The notes: generated from the sequence alone by a model not told the origin. Numbered from the stretch's first letter, positions 10,087-24,305 are shown. The stretch is DNA of 62,048 nt from Gemmatimonadota bacterium (GCA_040905425.1 JBBDRO010000007.1:1-62048), one strand, 5' to 3'. Numbers and translations are program-made.

Positions 10087-12242
10087 TGCCCATTGCATTC
10101 CTGGCACCGCTCTTTCTTGCCGGCCTGATTGCCGTGGCCGTGCCCGTGTGGGTGCACCTCACGCACAAGCAGCGCAGGGAGGTGACGGAGTTCCCCTCCC
10201 TCATGTTCATCGAGCAGGTCCCGTTCAAAGCGGTCAAGCGACGTCGGCTGCGCCACCTCCTCCTCTTTGCCATGCGCGCGCTGGCCATCATCCTTCTCGT
10301 GGCCGCCTTTGCCCGGCCGCTCTTCGACCGGCCGGACGCCGTGGCCGCGGGGCTCGGGACGGCGCGGGAGGTTGTGATCCTGGTGGACCGCTCCTGGAGC
10401 ATGGGCTACGGGGACACCTGGGAGCGGGCGCTGGAGGCGGCGGCGGCCGAGGTGGAGGGGCTGGGGCCGGACGACGTGGCGTCGCTCGTGTTCTTCGACC
10501 ATGGCGCGGCCGCGGCCATGCAGCCCACGGGGGACCGGGCGCGCCTCCGGGCGGCGCTGGACACCGTGACGCCGGGGAGCGGCACCACGCGCTTTGCCCC
10601 CGCGCTGCGGCTGGCGCGGAGCATCCTGGACGCCTCCGAGCTGCCCCGGCGGGAGGCCGTCCTGATCAGTGATCTGCAGCGCTCCGGCTGGGGCGGGGAA
10701 GCGGTGCTGCGCCTGCCCGCCGGCGCGGCGCTGCGCACGGTGAGTGTGGCCCCTGAGGACCCTTCGAACGTTTCCGTTACGAGCGTGGAGCTGCACACCG
10801 AGCGTTTCGCCGGCCGGGAGCGGGCCACGGTGACGGCGCGCCTGACCAATCGCGGGACCAAGCCCGCGGAGGGATTGCCGGTGACGCTGGAGCTGGCGGG
10901 CCGGACGCTGCAGACCGAGAGCGTGGAGCTGGCGGCCAACGATGCCACCACGCTCACCTTCGAGGCGTTCACCGTGCCGGAGACGGCGGGGCGGGGCATC
11001 GTTCGTGCGGGCTCGGATGCCCTGGCTTACGATGACGCCTTCCACTTCATGGTGGCCCCCGATCGCGCGCTGCCCGTGCTGGTGGTGGAGCCGCCCGGCG
11101 CCCCCGCCTCGATCAGTCTGTATCTGGCGCGGGCGCTGGAGATCGGGCAGGCGCCCGGCTTCCAGGTGGATGTGCGGCGGGGCGGGACGATCGGTGCCGC
11201 GGATCTGGCCGGCCGGGCCGTGGTGGTGCTGAACGACGCGCCCTTCCCCGGCGGGGAGGCCGGCCGCCGCCTGCGCGCCTTCGTGGAGGCCGGCGGCGGG
11301 CTCGTGCTGGTGCTGGGCGAGCGGAGCGGCGCCAGTGACTGGAGCGGCGAGGGCGCGGCGCTTCTGCCGGGCACGGCGGGCCGCCCCGCCGATCGCACGT
11401 CGGGGCGCGGCGGCACGGTGGGCTACCTGGATTACGCGCACCCCGCGCTGGAGGTTTTCGCCGCGCCGCGGAGCGGGGACTTCTCGGCCGCGCGCTTCTA
11501 CCGCTATCGCCCGCTCACGGTGCCGCCGCCGGCCGAGCCGGGCGCGGCCCCCGAGGTGCGGGTGCTGGCCCGCCTGGATGACGGCGCCGCCGTGCTCACG
11601 GAGCGGCTGCTGGGACGCGGGCGGGTGCTGGCGCTGGGCTCCACGGTGGACGGCGAGTGGAACGACCTGCCGCTGCAGCCGGTTTTCCTGCCCTTTGCCC
11701 ATCGGGTGATCCTGCATGCGGCCGGCTACGCCGAGGCGCGGCCGTGGTTCACCACCGGGCAGGTGCTGGACCTGGCGGCGCAGGCGCCCACAGTGGCGGA
11801 GGACGAGGCGGCGGAGGGCAGCGAGGCGGCGGAGGGCGGGCAGGCGGCGATCACCGCGGAGCGTGAGGCCGCGCTCTTCGCGCTGGCTCCCTCCGGGGAG
11901 CGCGTGGAGCTCGGCGCCGATCCGCTGCTCACGTTGACGGAGGCGGGCTTCTACGAGGTCCGCTCCACCGCGGACGAGCAGGCCGCCGGCTACATGGTGG
12001 CCGCCAATCCGGATCCGTCGGAGGCGGAACTCACGCCGCTGGACCCCGCGGAGCTGGTGGCCGCGGTGGAGCCGGTCGATGGCGAGCGGGCTGATCTCGC
12101 GCTGGCCGGCACGCTGTCGCTCGCGGAGCGGGAACGACGGCAGTCGCTGTGGTGGTACCTCCTGGTGGGGGCGTTCGCGCTGCTGGCGGCGGAGACGGTG
12201 CTCTCCAATCGGCTGTCACGCGCGGGGCATCGGGTGACGTGA
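10086..12242 (+). CDS. BatA N-terminal + vWA + Ig/CARDB-like + GATase-like membrane protein
   Basis: BatA-type start (FLAPLFLAGLIAVAVPVWVHL..FPSLMF..LLLFAMR..FARP), MIDAS DRSWS, ISDLQ, C-terminal TM (LWWYLL). Confidence 0.85.
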   Translation: MPIAFLAPLFLAGLIAVAVPVWVHLTHKQRREVTEFPSLMFIEQVPFKAVKRRRLRHLLLFAMRALAIILLVAAFARPLFDRPDAVAAGLGTAREVVILVDRSWSMGYGDTWERALEAAAAEVEGLGPDDVASLVFFDHGAAAAMQPTGDRARLRAALDTVTPGSGTTRFAPALRLARSILDASELPRREAVLISDLQRSGWGGEAVLRLPAGAALRTVSVAPEDPSNVSVTSVELHTERFAGRERATVTARLTNRGTKPAEGLPVTLELAGRTLQTESVELAANDATTLTFEAFTVPETAGRGIVRAGSDALAYDDAFHFMVAPDRALPVLVVEPPGAPASISLYLARALEIGQAPGFQVDVRRGGTIGAADLAGRAVVVLNDAPFPGGEAGRRLRAFVEAGGGLVLVLGERSGASDWSGEGAALLPGTAGRPADRTSGRGGTVGYLDYAHPALEVFAAPRSGDFSAARFYRYRPLTVPPPAEPGAAPEVRVLARLDDGAAVLTERLLGRGRVLALGSTVDGEWNDLPLQPVFLPFAHRVILHAAGYAEARPWFTTGQVLDLAAQAPTVAEDEAAEGSEAAEGGQAAITAEREAALFALAPSGERVELGADPLLTLTEAGFYEVRSTADEQAAGYMVAANPDPSEAELTPLDPAELVAAVEPVDGERADLALAGTLSLAERERRQSLWWYLLVGAFALLAAETVLSNRLSRAGHRVT

Positions 12243-12331
12243 GGACATGAGCCGGCCCGGGGGCCGGCCAGGCAGGGTGAGGGGCATCCGTAACGGCGCG
12301 CATGGCGCGTCAGCCACACAAGAGGAATCCC

Positions 12332-15997
<3,666 letters not shown>

Positions 15998-16016
15998 ACA
16001 CGCCCGGGAGGTAGCC

Positions 16017-16613
16017 ATGGTGTTCGCGTCCCTGTGGTCGAGGCGGCTCGACCAGACGATCGCCGCGTACGAGCGGAAGGCGGAGACCGCCAGCGCGCCC
16101 GCCGCGCGCGCCAGCTTCTTCAACCTGGCCGCGGAAACGGCCCGTGACGCCGGCCGGGAGCCGCTGGCGCTGGAGCTGGAGGGGCGCGCCATCGACGCCT
16201 GGGTGCGCGCCGACCGCATCGACGCCGCCGCGGCGCTGTGCCGCAAGATCGTGCGCCGTTCCCCCACGGTGGTGCGCACCTGGTGCACGCTGGCGTGGCT
16301 GGACATCGGTCGCGGCCACTTCAGTGACGTGCGCATGCACGTGGACCACTACGTGGACGCGGCCGATCGGGCCGGCCGTGACCGGCTGGCGCTGGTGCAG
16401 GTGCGGCGCATGAGCGCGCTCAGCCACAATGACGACCTGCGCCTCCACCTGGGGGAGCGTCTGCTCTGGCTGGGTGATGACAGCTCGGCGGACCATGTGT
16501 TCGGGCTGGTCTTCGAGGAGCGCAACGGGCTGCGCCGGCCGACAACCGACGATCCCACGCTGCGTATGCTGGAGGCCCGCCGGGCCGTGTTGCAGCCCGC
16601 GCGCGCGGCCTGA
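16017..16613 (+). CDS. Hypothetical helical (TPR-like) protein
   Basis: GGAGG RBS before ATG 16017; GC3-biased codons; helical repeats. Confidence 0.6.
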   Translation: MVFASLWSRRLDQTIAAYERKAETASAPAARASFFNLAAETARDAGREPLALELEGRAIDAWVRADRIDAAAALCRKIVRRSPTVVRTWCTLAWLDIGRGHFSDVRMHVDHYVDAADRAGRDRLALVQVRRMSALSHNDDLRLHLGERLLWLGDDSSADHVFGLVFEERNGLRRPTTDDPTLRMLEARRAVLQPARAA

Positions 16614-16653
16614 GCCGGCGGCCCGGCTCCCCACCCGGCCACGCGGCCTGATC

Positions 16654-17130
16654 TTGGGAACGCTCGACCCCGCTGCGCCGCTCTTCTGGTGGCGCGTGGC
16701 CGTGGCCGTGGCCTGCGGCGGTGCCATCGGCATGGAGCGGCAACTGCGCGGCAAGCCGGCCGGCATCCGCACCAGCATCCTCATCTGCCTGGGCACGTAT
16801 GTATTCGTCACCCTCGGCGCCAGCTTTCAGGGCGCCCTTGCTGATCCCACCCGCGTGCTCGGCCAGGTGGTCACCGGCATCGGCTTTCTCGGCGCGGGCG
16901 TAATAATGACGCAGGGGCGGCTCGTGGTGGGCGTGACCTCGGCCGCCGTGGTCTGGCTGCTGGCGGCCATCGGTGCCACCGTGGCGCTCGGCTACGAACC
17001 GGCCGCCGTGGCCATCACGGCCGTCACGCTGGTGGTGTTGCTGGGCGTCCAGTGGCTGGAGCACACCTTCGTGGCGCTGCGCCGCGGGGTGCACGAATGG
17101 CGCACGGCGCGCGGCAGCAACGACGGCTGA
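16654..17130 (+). CDS. MgtC/SapB family membrane protein
   Basis: GGAIGMERQLRGKPAGIRT, DPTRVLGQVVTGIGFLGAG, GVTSAAVVW. Start codon uncertain. Confidence 0.9.
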   Translation: MGTLDPAAPLFWWRVAVAVACGGAIGMERQLRGKPAGIRTSILICLGTYVFVTLGASFQGALADPTRVLGQVVTGIGFLGAGVIMTQGRLVVGVTSAAVVWLLAAIGATVALGYEPAAVAITAVTLVVLLGVQWLEHTFVALRRGVHEWRTARGSNDG

Positions 17131-17137
17131 GTTGAGT

Positions 17138-18031
17138 ATGCCCCACCTGTTCGGCGCGCACACCATCCACAACGGCGGCATCGACATGGCCGTGCGGCGC
17201 GCTGCGGCCGCCGGCCAGGACGCTCTGCAGGTCTTCACCGCCATTCCCAAGTTCTACGGGGACAGGAGCGGCGTGCGGCCCGAGCGTGCCGAGCGCTTCC
17301 GCGCCGCCGTGGCCGAGAGCGGCATCCGCTCGGAGCACATCGTGGCGCACGCCGCCTACGTGCTGAGCGTGGCCACCGCGGACCAGGACAAATGGCACCG
17401 GGCCACGGCGGGGCTCACCAAGGAACTGGAGCGGTGCGTTACGCTGGGCATCGGCAACGTGTGCTTCCACCCGGGCTCCGCCACCGACGACGATCCGCAC
17501 GCGGGTGCCGCGCGGGTGGCCGCCGCCATGGTGGCGGCGCTGGGTCAGGTGGAGGGGCCGGTGCGGCTGCTCGTGGAGAACACGGCCGGGGCCGGACGGA
17601 CGGTGGGCCGCACGGCGGCGGAAGTGGGGGAGATCCTGGCGCAGCTGCCCGCCGCGCAGCGCGCGCGGGCTGGCTACGGGCTGGACACCTGCCACCTCTA
17701 CGCGTCGGGCTATGCCATCCACGAGTCGCCCGAGCGCCTGAGCGCAATCCTGGACGAGTTCCAGGACGCCACGGGTGAGCCGCCCGCCTTCCTCCATCTG
17801 AACGACAGCCAGGGGGAGCTTGGATCCAACCGGGACCGCCACGCGCTCATCGGGGAGGGGGAGATCGGCCAGGAGCCGTTCGGCTGGCTGCTGGCCGACG
17901 CCCGGAGCCGCGGCGTGCCGCTCATCCTGGAAACACCCCAGCAGAACCCCGACATCGAGGGTGAGGACCCTACCCCCGATCCCTGGGACGTGCGCATGCT
18001 CGAGCTGCTGCGCGGCCTGGCGCGCGGGTGA
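17138..18031 (+). CDS. nfo: Endonuclease IV
   Basis: GAH, QVF, HAAY, FHPG, ENTAG, DTCH, HLNDS, DRH, LETP zinc-ligand motifs. Confidence 0.92.
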   Translation: MPHLFGAHTIHNGGIDMAVRRAAAAGQDALQVFTAIPKFYGDRSGVRPERAERFRAAVAESGIRSEHIVAHAAYVLSVATADQDKWHRATAGLTKELERCVTLGIGNVCFHPGSATDDDPHAGAARVAAAMVAALGQVEGPVRLLVENTAGAGRTVGRTAAEVGEILAQLPAAQRARAGYGLDTCHLYASGYAIHESPERLSAILDEFQDATGEPPAFLHLNDSQGELGSNRDRHALIGEGEIGQEPFGWLLADARSRGVPLILETPQQNPDIEGEDPTPDPWDVRMLELLRGLARG

Positions 18032-18762
18032 CCCGGGGCCAGGGCGCATCCGGCGTGCAGATCGAGGTGCTGGTCACCGAGGACTGCCCGCACCGCACGG
18101 CTACCCTGGCCCGCGTACGCAACGTGGCCGGGCGGCTGGTGCCCGCGGCGGAGGTGGCGGAGACGATCGTCGCTTCTGATGAGGATGCGCGGCGGCTCCG
18201 CTTCCCGGGTTCCCCCACCGTGCGGGTGGAGGGTCGGGACCTGGAAGGCGGCGTGGCCCGTCCGGCCGCGCTGGCATGCCGCACCTATGAGGGCGTCGGC
18301 ACGCCACCGGAGTGGCTGGTGGAGGCGGGGCTGCTGCGCGCCCTGGAACCCCGCTTCATCCTCTTCCTGTGCGTGGCCAACGCGGCGCGCAGCCAGATGG
18401 CCGAGGGGCTCGCTCGCGCGCTGGCGCCGGAGGGCGTGCGCGTGGGCTCGGCCGGCTCCGCGCCCGCACGCCGGAGCGAGCGGGCCACCCGCGCGTTGGC
18501 GGAGCTGGGCATCGACATCTCCGACCAGTTTTCCAAAGGCATGGACGCCTTCGACGACGCGCCGGTGGACACCGTCATCACGCTGTGCGCCGAGGAGGTG
18601 TGCCCCGCCTGGCTCGGCCAGGCCCACCGGGTGCACTGGGGACTGCTCGACCCCGGCGCGGCAGAGGGCACCGAGGCGGAGCAGCTGGCCGTCTTCCGTA
18701 CGGTGCGGGACGAGCTCCGCCGGCGCCTCGAGGCGCTGTTCGGGCGGACGCTCGGATCGTAG
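18028..18762 (+). CDS. Fusion: thioredoxin-like domain + LMW-PTP-type arsenate reductase ArsC
   Basis: N-half DCPH..GSPTVRVEGRD..LACRTY; C-half LFLCVANAARSQMAEG, LCAEEVCP, HWGLLDP, FRTVRDEL. Confidence 0.8.
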   Translation: MTRGQGASGVQIEVLVTEDCPHRTATLARVRNVAGRLVPAAEVAETIVASDEDARRLRFPGSPTVRVEGRDLEGGVARPAALACRTYEGVGTPPEWLVEAGLLRALEPRFILFLCVANAARSQMAEGLARALAPEGVRVGSAGSAPARRSERATRALAELGIDISDQFSKGMDAFDDAPVDTVITLCAEEVCPAWLGQAHRVHWGLLDPGAAEGTEAEQLAVFRTVRDELRRRLEALFGRTLGS

Positions 18763-18832
18763 CGAAGCAGCTGCCGCCCCGTGCCGCGGGGCCCCCTATC
18801 ACCGACCCCGACGCCCGCATTGGAGGCTCTCG

Positions 18833-20230
18833 ATGCCGCTCCCGCTCCCGCTCCGCACAGCCACCTGCGCGCTGGTCGCGCTGGCCGCGTTACTCGTGGC
18901 GGCACCCCGCGCCGCCGCGCAGGCGGTCTCGCTCGTGCCGCCGGACGCCCCCGCCCGCTACCACGCGCTGCCGCCGCTCCGCCAGCAGGCGGACGAGCAG
19001 CTCGCCTGGACGCGAGCCCGCCTGGAGCGGGTGCTCCCGCGTTTGATGGCCGACTACGACGTCCCCATGTGGATCCTCTCCATGCGGGAGTACGCCGAGG
19101 ACCCGGTGTTCTTCTCCATGGCCGCCCCCACCACCTTCGCCGCCCGGCGGCGCTCCATCTACGTGTTCACGCGTCAGCCGGATGGGACCATTGAGCGGTT
19201 GGCGCTGGGCGGCGGCACCCAGGGCGGCCTCTTCCAGGCGTTTCGGTCCACCCGCCCGGCGCCCACGCAGGAGACGGCGGAGCTGTGGGGGGACGAGCAG
19301 TGGCGGCTGCTACGGGAGCTGGTGGAAGCACGCGATCCGGCGAGCATCGTGCTGAACATCCACGAGCATCACGCCTTCTCGGACGGGCTGCACGCCGGCG
19401 AGCGGGAGGCGCTCGAGCGCGCGCTCGGCCCCACCTACGCGGCGCGCGTGAAGCGGGACCCCCGGCTGGCGCAGGACTACATAGCCGTGCGGGTGCCGGA
19501 GATGCTGCCGCGCTACCGGCGCATCCAGGAGACGGTGCACGCCATCCTCTCGGAGGCGTTCTCGAACGCCGTGATCACTCCGGGGACCACCACCGTGGAC
19601 GACGTCCGTTGGTGGCTCCGGGAGCGCATCCAGGGGCTGGGCATGACCACGTGGTTCCATCCGTCGGTGGACGTGCAGCGGGCGGTGGCGCTGCCCCCGG
19701 GCGGCGCGACGGTGATCGAGCCCGGCGACGTGCTGTGGGTGGATTTCGGCGTGGTGGCCATGGGTCTGCACACGGACACGCAGCACATGGGCTACGTGCT
19801 GCGGGCGGGGGAGGCCGCGCCACCCGCGGGTATCCGGGCCTGCCTGGCCGTGTCCAACCGGCTGCAGGACATCGTGGTGGCGGAGATGGAGCCCGGACGG
19901 AGCGGCAACGCCATCCTGGAGGCGGCGCTGGCGCGCATGCGGGCGGAGGGCATCGACGGCACCGTGTACGGCCACCCCATCGGCGACCACGGCCACGGCG
20001 CGGGCCCGCTCATCGGCCGCTGGGACGGGCAGGAGGGCGTCCCGCACCGCGGTGACGTCCTGCTCCTGCCGGACACCTGGCACTCGGTGGAACTGCAGGC
20101 CACCGTCCCGGTGCCGGAATGGGGCGGCAAGCGGCTGAGCTGCCGGCAGGAGGAGGAGGTCCTGGTGGGGCCGGACGGGAAGCGCACCTGGGCGTTCCGC
20201 CGCCAGGAGGGCTTCCACCTGGTCTGGTGA
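18833..20230 (+). CDS. Secreted M24 family (Xaa-Pro) aminopeptidase
   Basis: GGAGG RBS, signal peptide, DFG..HTDTQ, GHPIG.HGHG, SVEL, QEE metal ligands. Confidence 0.85.
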   Translation: MPLPLPLRTATCALVALAALLVAAPRAAAQAVSLVPPDAPARYHALPPLRQQADEQLAWTRARLERVLPRLMADYDVPMWILSMREYAEDPVFFSMAAPTTFAARRRSIYVFTRQPDGTIERLALGGGTQGGLFQAFRSTRPAPTQETAELWGDEQWRLLRELVEARDPASIVLNIHEHHAFSDGLHAGEREALERALGPTYAARVKRDPRLAQDYIAVRVPEMLPRYRRIQETVHAILSEAFSNAVITPGTTTVDDVRWWLRERIQGLGMTTWFHPSVDVQRAVALPPGGATVIEPGDVLWVDFGVVAMGLHTDTQHMGYVLRAGEAAPPAGIRACLAVSNRLQDIVVAEMEPGRSGNAILEAALARMRAEGIDGTVYGHPIGDHGHGAGPLIGRWDGQEGVPHRGDVLLLPDTWHSVELQATVPVPEWGGKRLSCRQEEEVLVGPDGKRTWAFRRQEGFHLVW

Positions 20231-20239
20231 GGACGCGCG

Positions 20240-21733
20240 CTACCGCGGCGCCCGCGGTATCCGCTCCGCCAGGTTGGCCGCCTGCCACGCGAACACCGCC
20301 AGCACGATGGCCGACTGGCGCAGATCGACCTCGGTCACGCGCTCCGCGAAGTCCATGTTCGTGTGGTGTGTGCGCACGTCGTAGTCCACATAGTCCTTGA
20401 GGGTGGAGAAGCCCGGCAGCCCGATGCGCGTGAAGGCCAGGTGATCGGTGCTGCCGAGCGGCTCGATCATGTTGCGCTTCACGCCCAGATCCCTGAGCGG
20501 CGCGAGCCAGGCGTCGAAGAGCGCCTTGGCCGCCTGGTTCTCCTCCATGTAGAAGCCGTACGTGGCGCCGGCCCCCGGATCATCGTTCAGATACACGGAG
20601 AAGGCCTCCCGGGCCGCGGCGTTGGCCTCCCCCGCCAGGTGCTCCTCCACCCAGGCCCGGGCGCCGAGCAGCCCCTGCTCCTCGCCCCCCCAGAGCGCGA
20701 TGCGGATGGTCCGGCGCGGCCGGGCGTCCAGCGCCAGGAGGATGCGCATGGCCTCCAGCGCCGCCGTCACACCGTCGGCGTTGTCGGTGGCGCCCGGTGA
20801 GGAGTGCCACGAGTCCAGATGGCCGCCGAGCATCACCACCTCGTGCCCCACGTCGGGGTCGGTGCCCGGGATCTCGGCCAGCACGTTGTAACTGTGGGTG
20901 TCCTCCTCGTGGTAGCGGACGGCCACGCGCACCCGCACGGTGGGCGCCTGGCCGGCCTCCGTCAGCCGCGCCAGCATGTTGTAGTGCTCGGCCGCCAGGA
21001 TGATCTCCGGCACGTCGTCATCGGCCGTGTTACGGCTGCCCAGCACGAAGACGGTGCCGTGCTGTCCCTGGTTGGGGCGCAGCAGCGCCCCGGCGCCCGC
21101 CTCCCGCAGGATCGGCAGCACTTCACGCAGGGGCGCGGCCGCGTCGGTGCGGAGGAAGCGCGGGGCGCCCAGGCGCACCGGACCATCGGCGTCCGCCGGC
21201 TGTTCGCGGTCCTCGGTGATGAAGTCGGGTTGCGGGCGCTCCGCCAGCACGATGGCGCCACCCAGGCCGCCGGCATCCGCCAGCGCCCGGATCTCCTCCA
21301 CCGACCGCTCGCCCAGATAGAGCACCTCCCCCTCCAGCGTGCCCCGGGTGGACGGTGTCCACGCCTCCGGATAGCCGATGAGGGGGAAGTAGCGCGGCGC
21401 CGTCATCTCCAGCGTGAGCCCCTCCAGCGTCCAGCCCCGGCCGAACTCGAACGGTTCCAGACGCGCGTCGGCGGCGCCCCAGGCGGTCAGCCGGTCCCGC
21501 GCCCAGCGGGCCGCCGCCACGTGGGCGGGTGAGGCGGTCAGGCGCGGGCCGATGACGTCCGTGAGGTGGTGGTAGAGCTCGGCCGCCCGGGAGCGCTCCA
21601 GGCCTTCGGCGCGGATGGCGGCCACCATGGCGGCGTCGGGCTGCGCCTGGCCGGAGAGAGCGGGCGGAGCGGCCAGGAGCAGGAGGGCCACCGCGGGTGC
21701 GGGCAGCCAGAGGCGCAGGGCGGTGCTGAGCAT
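20240..21733 (-). CDS. Secreted M28 metallopeptidase (carboxypeptidase Q-like)
   Basis: IGPRLTAS, GGHLDSW, GATDNADG, GEEQGLLG, TDH, HHTNMD; signal peptide from ATG 21733. Confidence 0.9.
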   Translation of the reverse strand: MLSTALRLWLPAPAVALLLLAAPPALSGQAQPDAAMVAAIRAEGLERSRAAELYHHLTDVIGPRLTASPAHVAAARWARDRLTAWGAADARLEPFEFGRGWTLEGLTLEMTAPRYFPLIGYPEAWTPSTRGTLEGEVLYLGERSVEEIRALADAGGLGGAIVLAERPQPDFITEDREQPADADGPVRLGAPRFLRTDAAAPLREVLPILREAGAGALLRPNQGQHGTVFVLGSRNTADDDVPEIILAAEHYNMLARLTEAGQAPTVRVRVAVRYHEEDTHSYNVLAEIPGTDPDVGHEVVMLGGHLDSWHSSPGATDNADGVTAALEAMRILLALDARPRRTIRIALWGGEEQGLLGARAWVEEHLAGEANAAAREAFSVYLNDDPGAGATYGFYMEENQAAKALFDAWLAPLRDLGVKRNMIEPLGSTDHLAFTRIGLPGFSTLKDYVDYDVRTHHTNMDFAERVTEVDLRQSAIVLAVFAWQAANLAERIPRAPR

Positions 21734-21828
21734 GGGAGGACTCTCGCGGCTGAAAGGGACGGAGGCTACGGGAAAATACGCGGGCCAGCGGGCCGGCGCA
21801 CATCGGTGCGAGCCGCCCGCCACAGGCC

Positions 21829-24186
21829 TCACAGACGCCAGAGGTAGGTGACCTTCAGGAAGAAGCCGTCACTCTGGCGCGCCAGCTCCCCGAAGCGGAA
21901 GGAGGGCGCGTCCCCCAGCGACGTGCCGTAGCCGGCGAACACCACCGTGCCGGGCGTGGGCTGGTAGGAGAGCAGCCAGTCGGCGCGGAAGCTGGACGTG
22001 TCGTGCCCGGAGGCCCGCTCCAGCGTCCCGTCGGCGCGCCGCAGCCAGATGGGCAGTTCGGTGCGGGTGTCATCGCGCAGATCATCCTGCCAGCTCGTGG
22101 CGTACTGTCCCACGAAGCGCACGAAGAGGGGGCGCGAGAGTTGGTACTCCGCCTTCACGCGCGGAATGTGCTGCACCCCCACCAGCGAGCCGTCGCTGGA
22201 GCGGTTGTAGCGCTGCTGCACGTAGCGCAGGTTCAGGCGCAGGCGATCGTCCGGCCGGTAGTTGACGCTGAGCGTGGAATTCACGATCCAGGCCGGCGAC
22301 CACTCGAAGAAGTTCTCGTCCCGCCCCACCACCACGAAGGCAAAGCCGTTCCAGCGGGGAAACTGGGGCGTGCTCAGGCGCACCAGCAGGTCGTAGTTGG
22401 GGATACGCTCCCGTCCCGAGTAGGGCACCGTGTCCGTGACGCCGCCGCGCTCCACCAGCAGCACGTAGTCATCGTAGAGCTCCGCCGGATAGAGGAAGGA
22501 CTCCACCATCAGGTCGGCGCCGCCGCTCCAGCCGCCCCGGAGGGCGAAGTTGCTGGTGAGGTGGACCTTCTGATCGTCCGGCATGAGTCCCGCCGCGTAG
22601 CGCTCGTAGGTCCAGTCACCGCTGATGCGCAGCCCGCCCGTGAAGCGCTCCACGAAGGCATCCTGGGCGCCGTACCAGGTGTACTCGGGGGAGAGCTGCG
22701 CCTGCGCGATCCCCGATCGCCCGATGAAGCCCGCCGCGGCAACAAAATCCGGGTGGATGGCGGACAGCTCTGCGCGGACGCCGAAGCGCCGCCCGTTGCG
22801 CCTGACCTGGGCGCTGTAGAGTTGCGCCCCGTCCTGGCGCAGTCCGGGAGCGTGGGTAAAGCTCCCGGCGTACTGGCCGGTGACTTCCCAGATGTCGCGC
22901 AGCACGAACCTGCCGTCCACGGCGGCCACGCGGTTCCAGTAGTCTCCATCCATCCGGTCCGTGTAGGCCAGGCCCACGGTGTTGCTGGCGCCGAAATCCC
23001 GCCGCGCGCGGAGGATGTTGAAGATCGGGTGCTCGTCCGTGTGGGACAGCAGCGGATCGTCCACGGCGGCCAGGTAGCCCACGTCGAAGCCGGCTACCCT
23101 GCCGGTGAGCTTCGCGGCGCCGGCGGGCTGCCCGATGCGGCGTGTATAGATGAGGCTGTTGGGCGCGTTGAAGTACTCGTTGCCCTCCAGGAAGAAGGGG
23201 CGTTGCTCGGAGAAGAAGAGCGTGCGCCGCGGGTCACTGTTCACCTGCCCCGCGTCCGCTTCGATCTGTGAGAAGTCCGGATTCACCGTGCCGTTCAGCG
23301 TGAGGTCCGCGGTGACGCCCCAGCGCACGTTGCCGCCGACTTCCGGCTGCGCGCTGCCATAGCGCCAATCGCCGGTGGTGCCGTCGGCACGTTCCCGGGG
23401 CGCCCCCGCCAGGCTCGTGGTGAGGACGGGCTGGACGTCCATGACCAGGCCGCGGTGCAGGTCGTGGAGGCCGCGCAGCGTCCCGCTCTGCGCGAGCAGG
23501 GAAGCGCGCGCGCGCTCCGCGGGTGTCCAGCTCTGCTCGTAGCCGGAGTGCTGGACGTTGCGGATGACGTTCAGCCCCCAGTCCTGACGCTCACCGGTCT
23601 GGTAGCGCAGTGACTTGAAGGGGATGCGCACCTCCACCTCGTAGCCGTAGTCCGTGATCCGCCCGGCGGACGCCCAGACGAAATCCGGGCTGAGGTCCAC
23701 CTCCCGATTGCCACCATGCCTCCGTCCGCCGCTCCCCTCACCCTCACTCCGGATGCCGTCGGACTGCACGCCCAGCGCGTTCACGGAGAACAGGAACGCG
23801 CGCCGCCGGTCGTCGAAGGTGTCCAGCAGGAGCGTGACGAAGTCGTCCCCGCCGATCTCGTCCCGGTCCGCCAGCGTGGCGTTCACCGCCGCGTGCGGCT
23901 CCCAGGCACGGATGCCGAAGTGGATGGCGTCGGCCGAGTACCACACGAGCACCTCGGTGGAGTCCGCCGCGGGCAGGCCGTCCACGGGCTGGTACTGGGA
24001 GAATCCAGTGAGCAGCGCCGCGCGCGACCACACGGGCTCATCCAGCTGGCCGTTCACATCGATGTCGGCCGCGGCCCGGGGCAGCTCCACGGACGTGGCT
24101 CCCTCGCGGCCATGATAAATGGGTCCGCCGGGGCCTGCCTGTAGGAGCGCCGTCAGAGCCGCCGTGGCGGCAAGGGTCAGACTCAT
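21829..24186 (-). CDS. CBM9-like/DUF5916 outer-membrane protein
   Basis: DVNGQLDEPVW, LDTFDD, EVRIPFKSLRY, NPDFSQIEAD, EQRPFFLEG, beta-barrel-type end FFLKVTYLWRL. Confidence 0.8.
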   Translation of the reverse strand: MSLTLAATAALTALLQAGPGGPIYHGREGATSVELPRAAADIDVNGQLDEPVWSRAALLTGFSQYQPVDGLPAADSTEVLVWYSADAIHFGIRAWEPHAAVNATLADRDEIGGDDFVTLLLDTFDDRRRAFLFSVNALGVQSDGIRSEGEGSGGRRHGGNREVDLSPDFVWASAGRITDYGYEVEVRIPFKSLRYQTGERQDWGLNVIRNVQHSGYEQSWTPAERARASLLAQSGTLRGLHDLHRGLVMDVQPVLTTSLAGAPRERADGTTGDWRYGSAQPEVGGNVRWGVTADLTLNGTVNPDFSQIEADAGQVNSDPRRTLFFSEQRPFFLEGNEYFNAPNSLIYTRRIGQPAGAAKLTGRVAGFDVGYLAAVDDPLLSHTDEHPIFNILRARRDFGASNTVGLAYTDRMDGDYWNRVAAVDGRFVLRDIWEVTGQYAGSFTHAPGLRQDGAQLYSAQVRRNGRRFGVRAELSAIHPDFVAAAGFIGRSGIAQAQLSPEYTWYGAQDAFVERFTGGLRISGDWTYERYAAGLMPDDQKVHLTSNFALRGGWSGGADLMVESFLYPAELYDDYVLLVERGGVTDTVPYSGRERIPNYDLLVRLSTPQFPRWNGFAFVVVGRDENFFEWSPAWIVNSTLSVNYRPDDRLRLNLRYVQQRYNRSSDGSLVGVQHIPRVKAEYQLSRPLFVRFVGQYATSWQDDLRDDTRTELPIWLRRADGTLERASGHDTSSFRADWLLSYQPTPGTVVFAGYGTSLGDAPSFRFGELARQSDGFFLKVTYLWRL

Positions 24187-24305
24187 GTGTCTTTCGCTCG
24201 GATGAGGTGCGGTCCCGCCCCGCCGGCGGGCGGCCGGAACATCGCCCCCCGGCGCACGCCCTTCAAGGGTTGCCGCGGGCCGGGGCCGCCCGCAGCATAC
24301 CTGCC

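Noticed and set aside
18028..18330. Selenoprotein in the Trx-like domain
   Set aside because: No in-frame TGA; the relevant positions are Cys codons.
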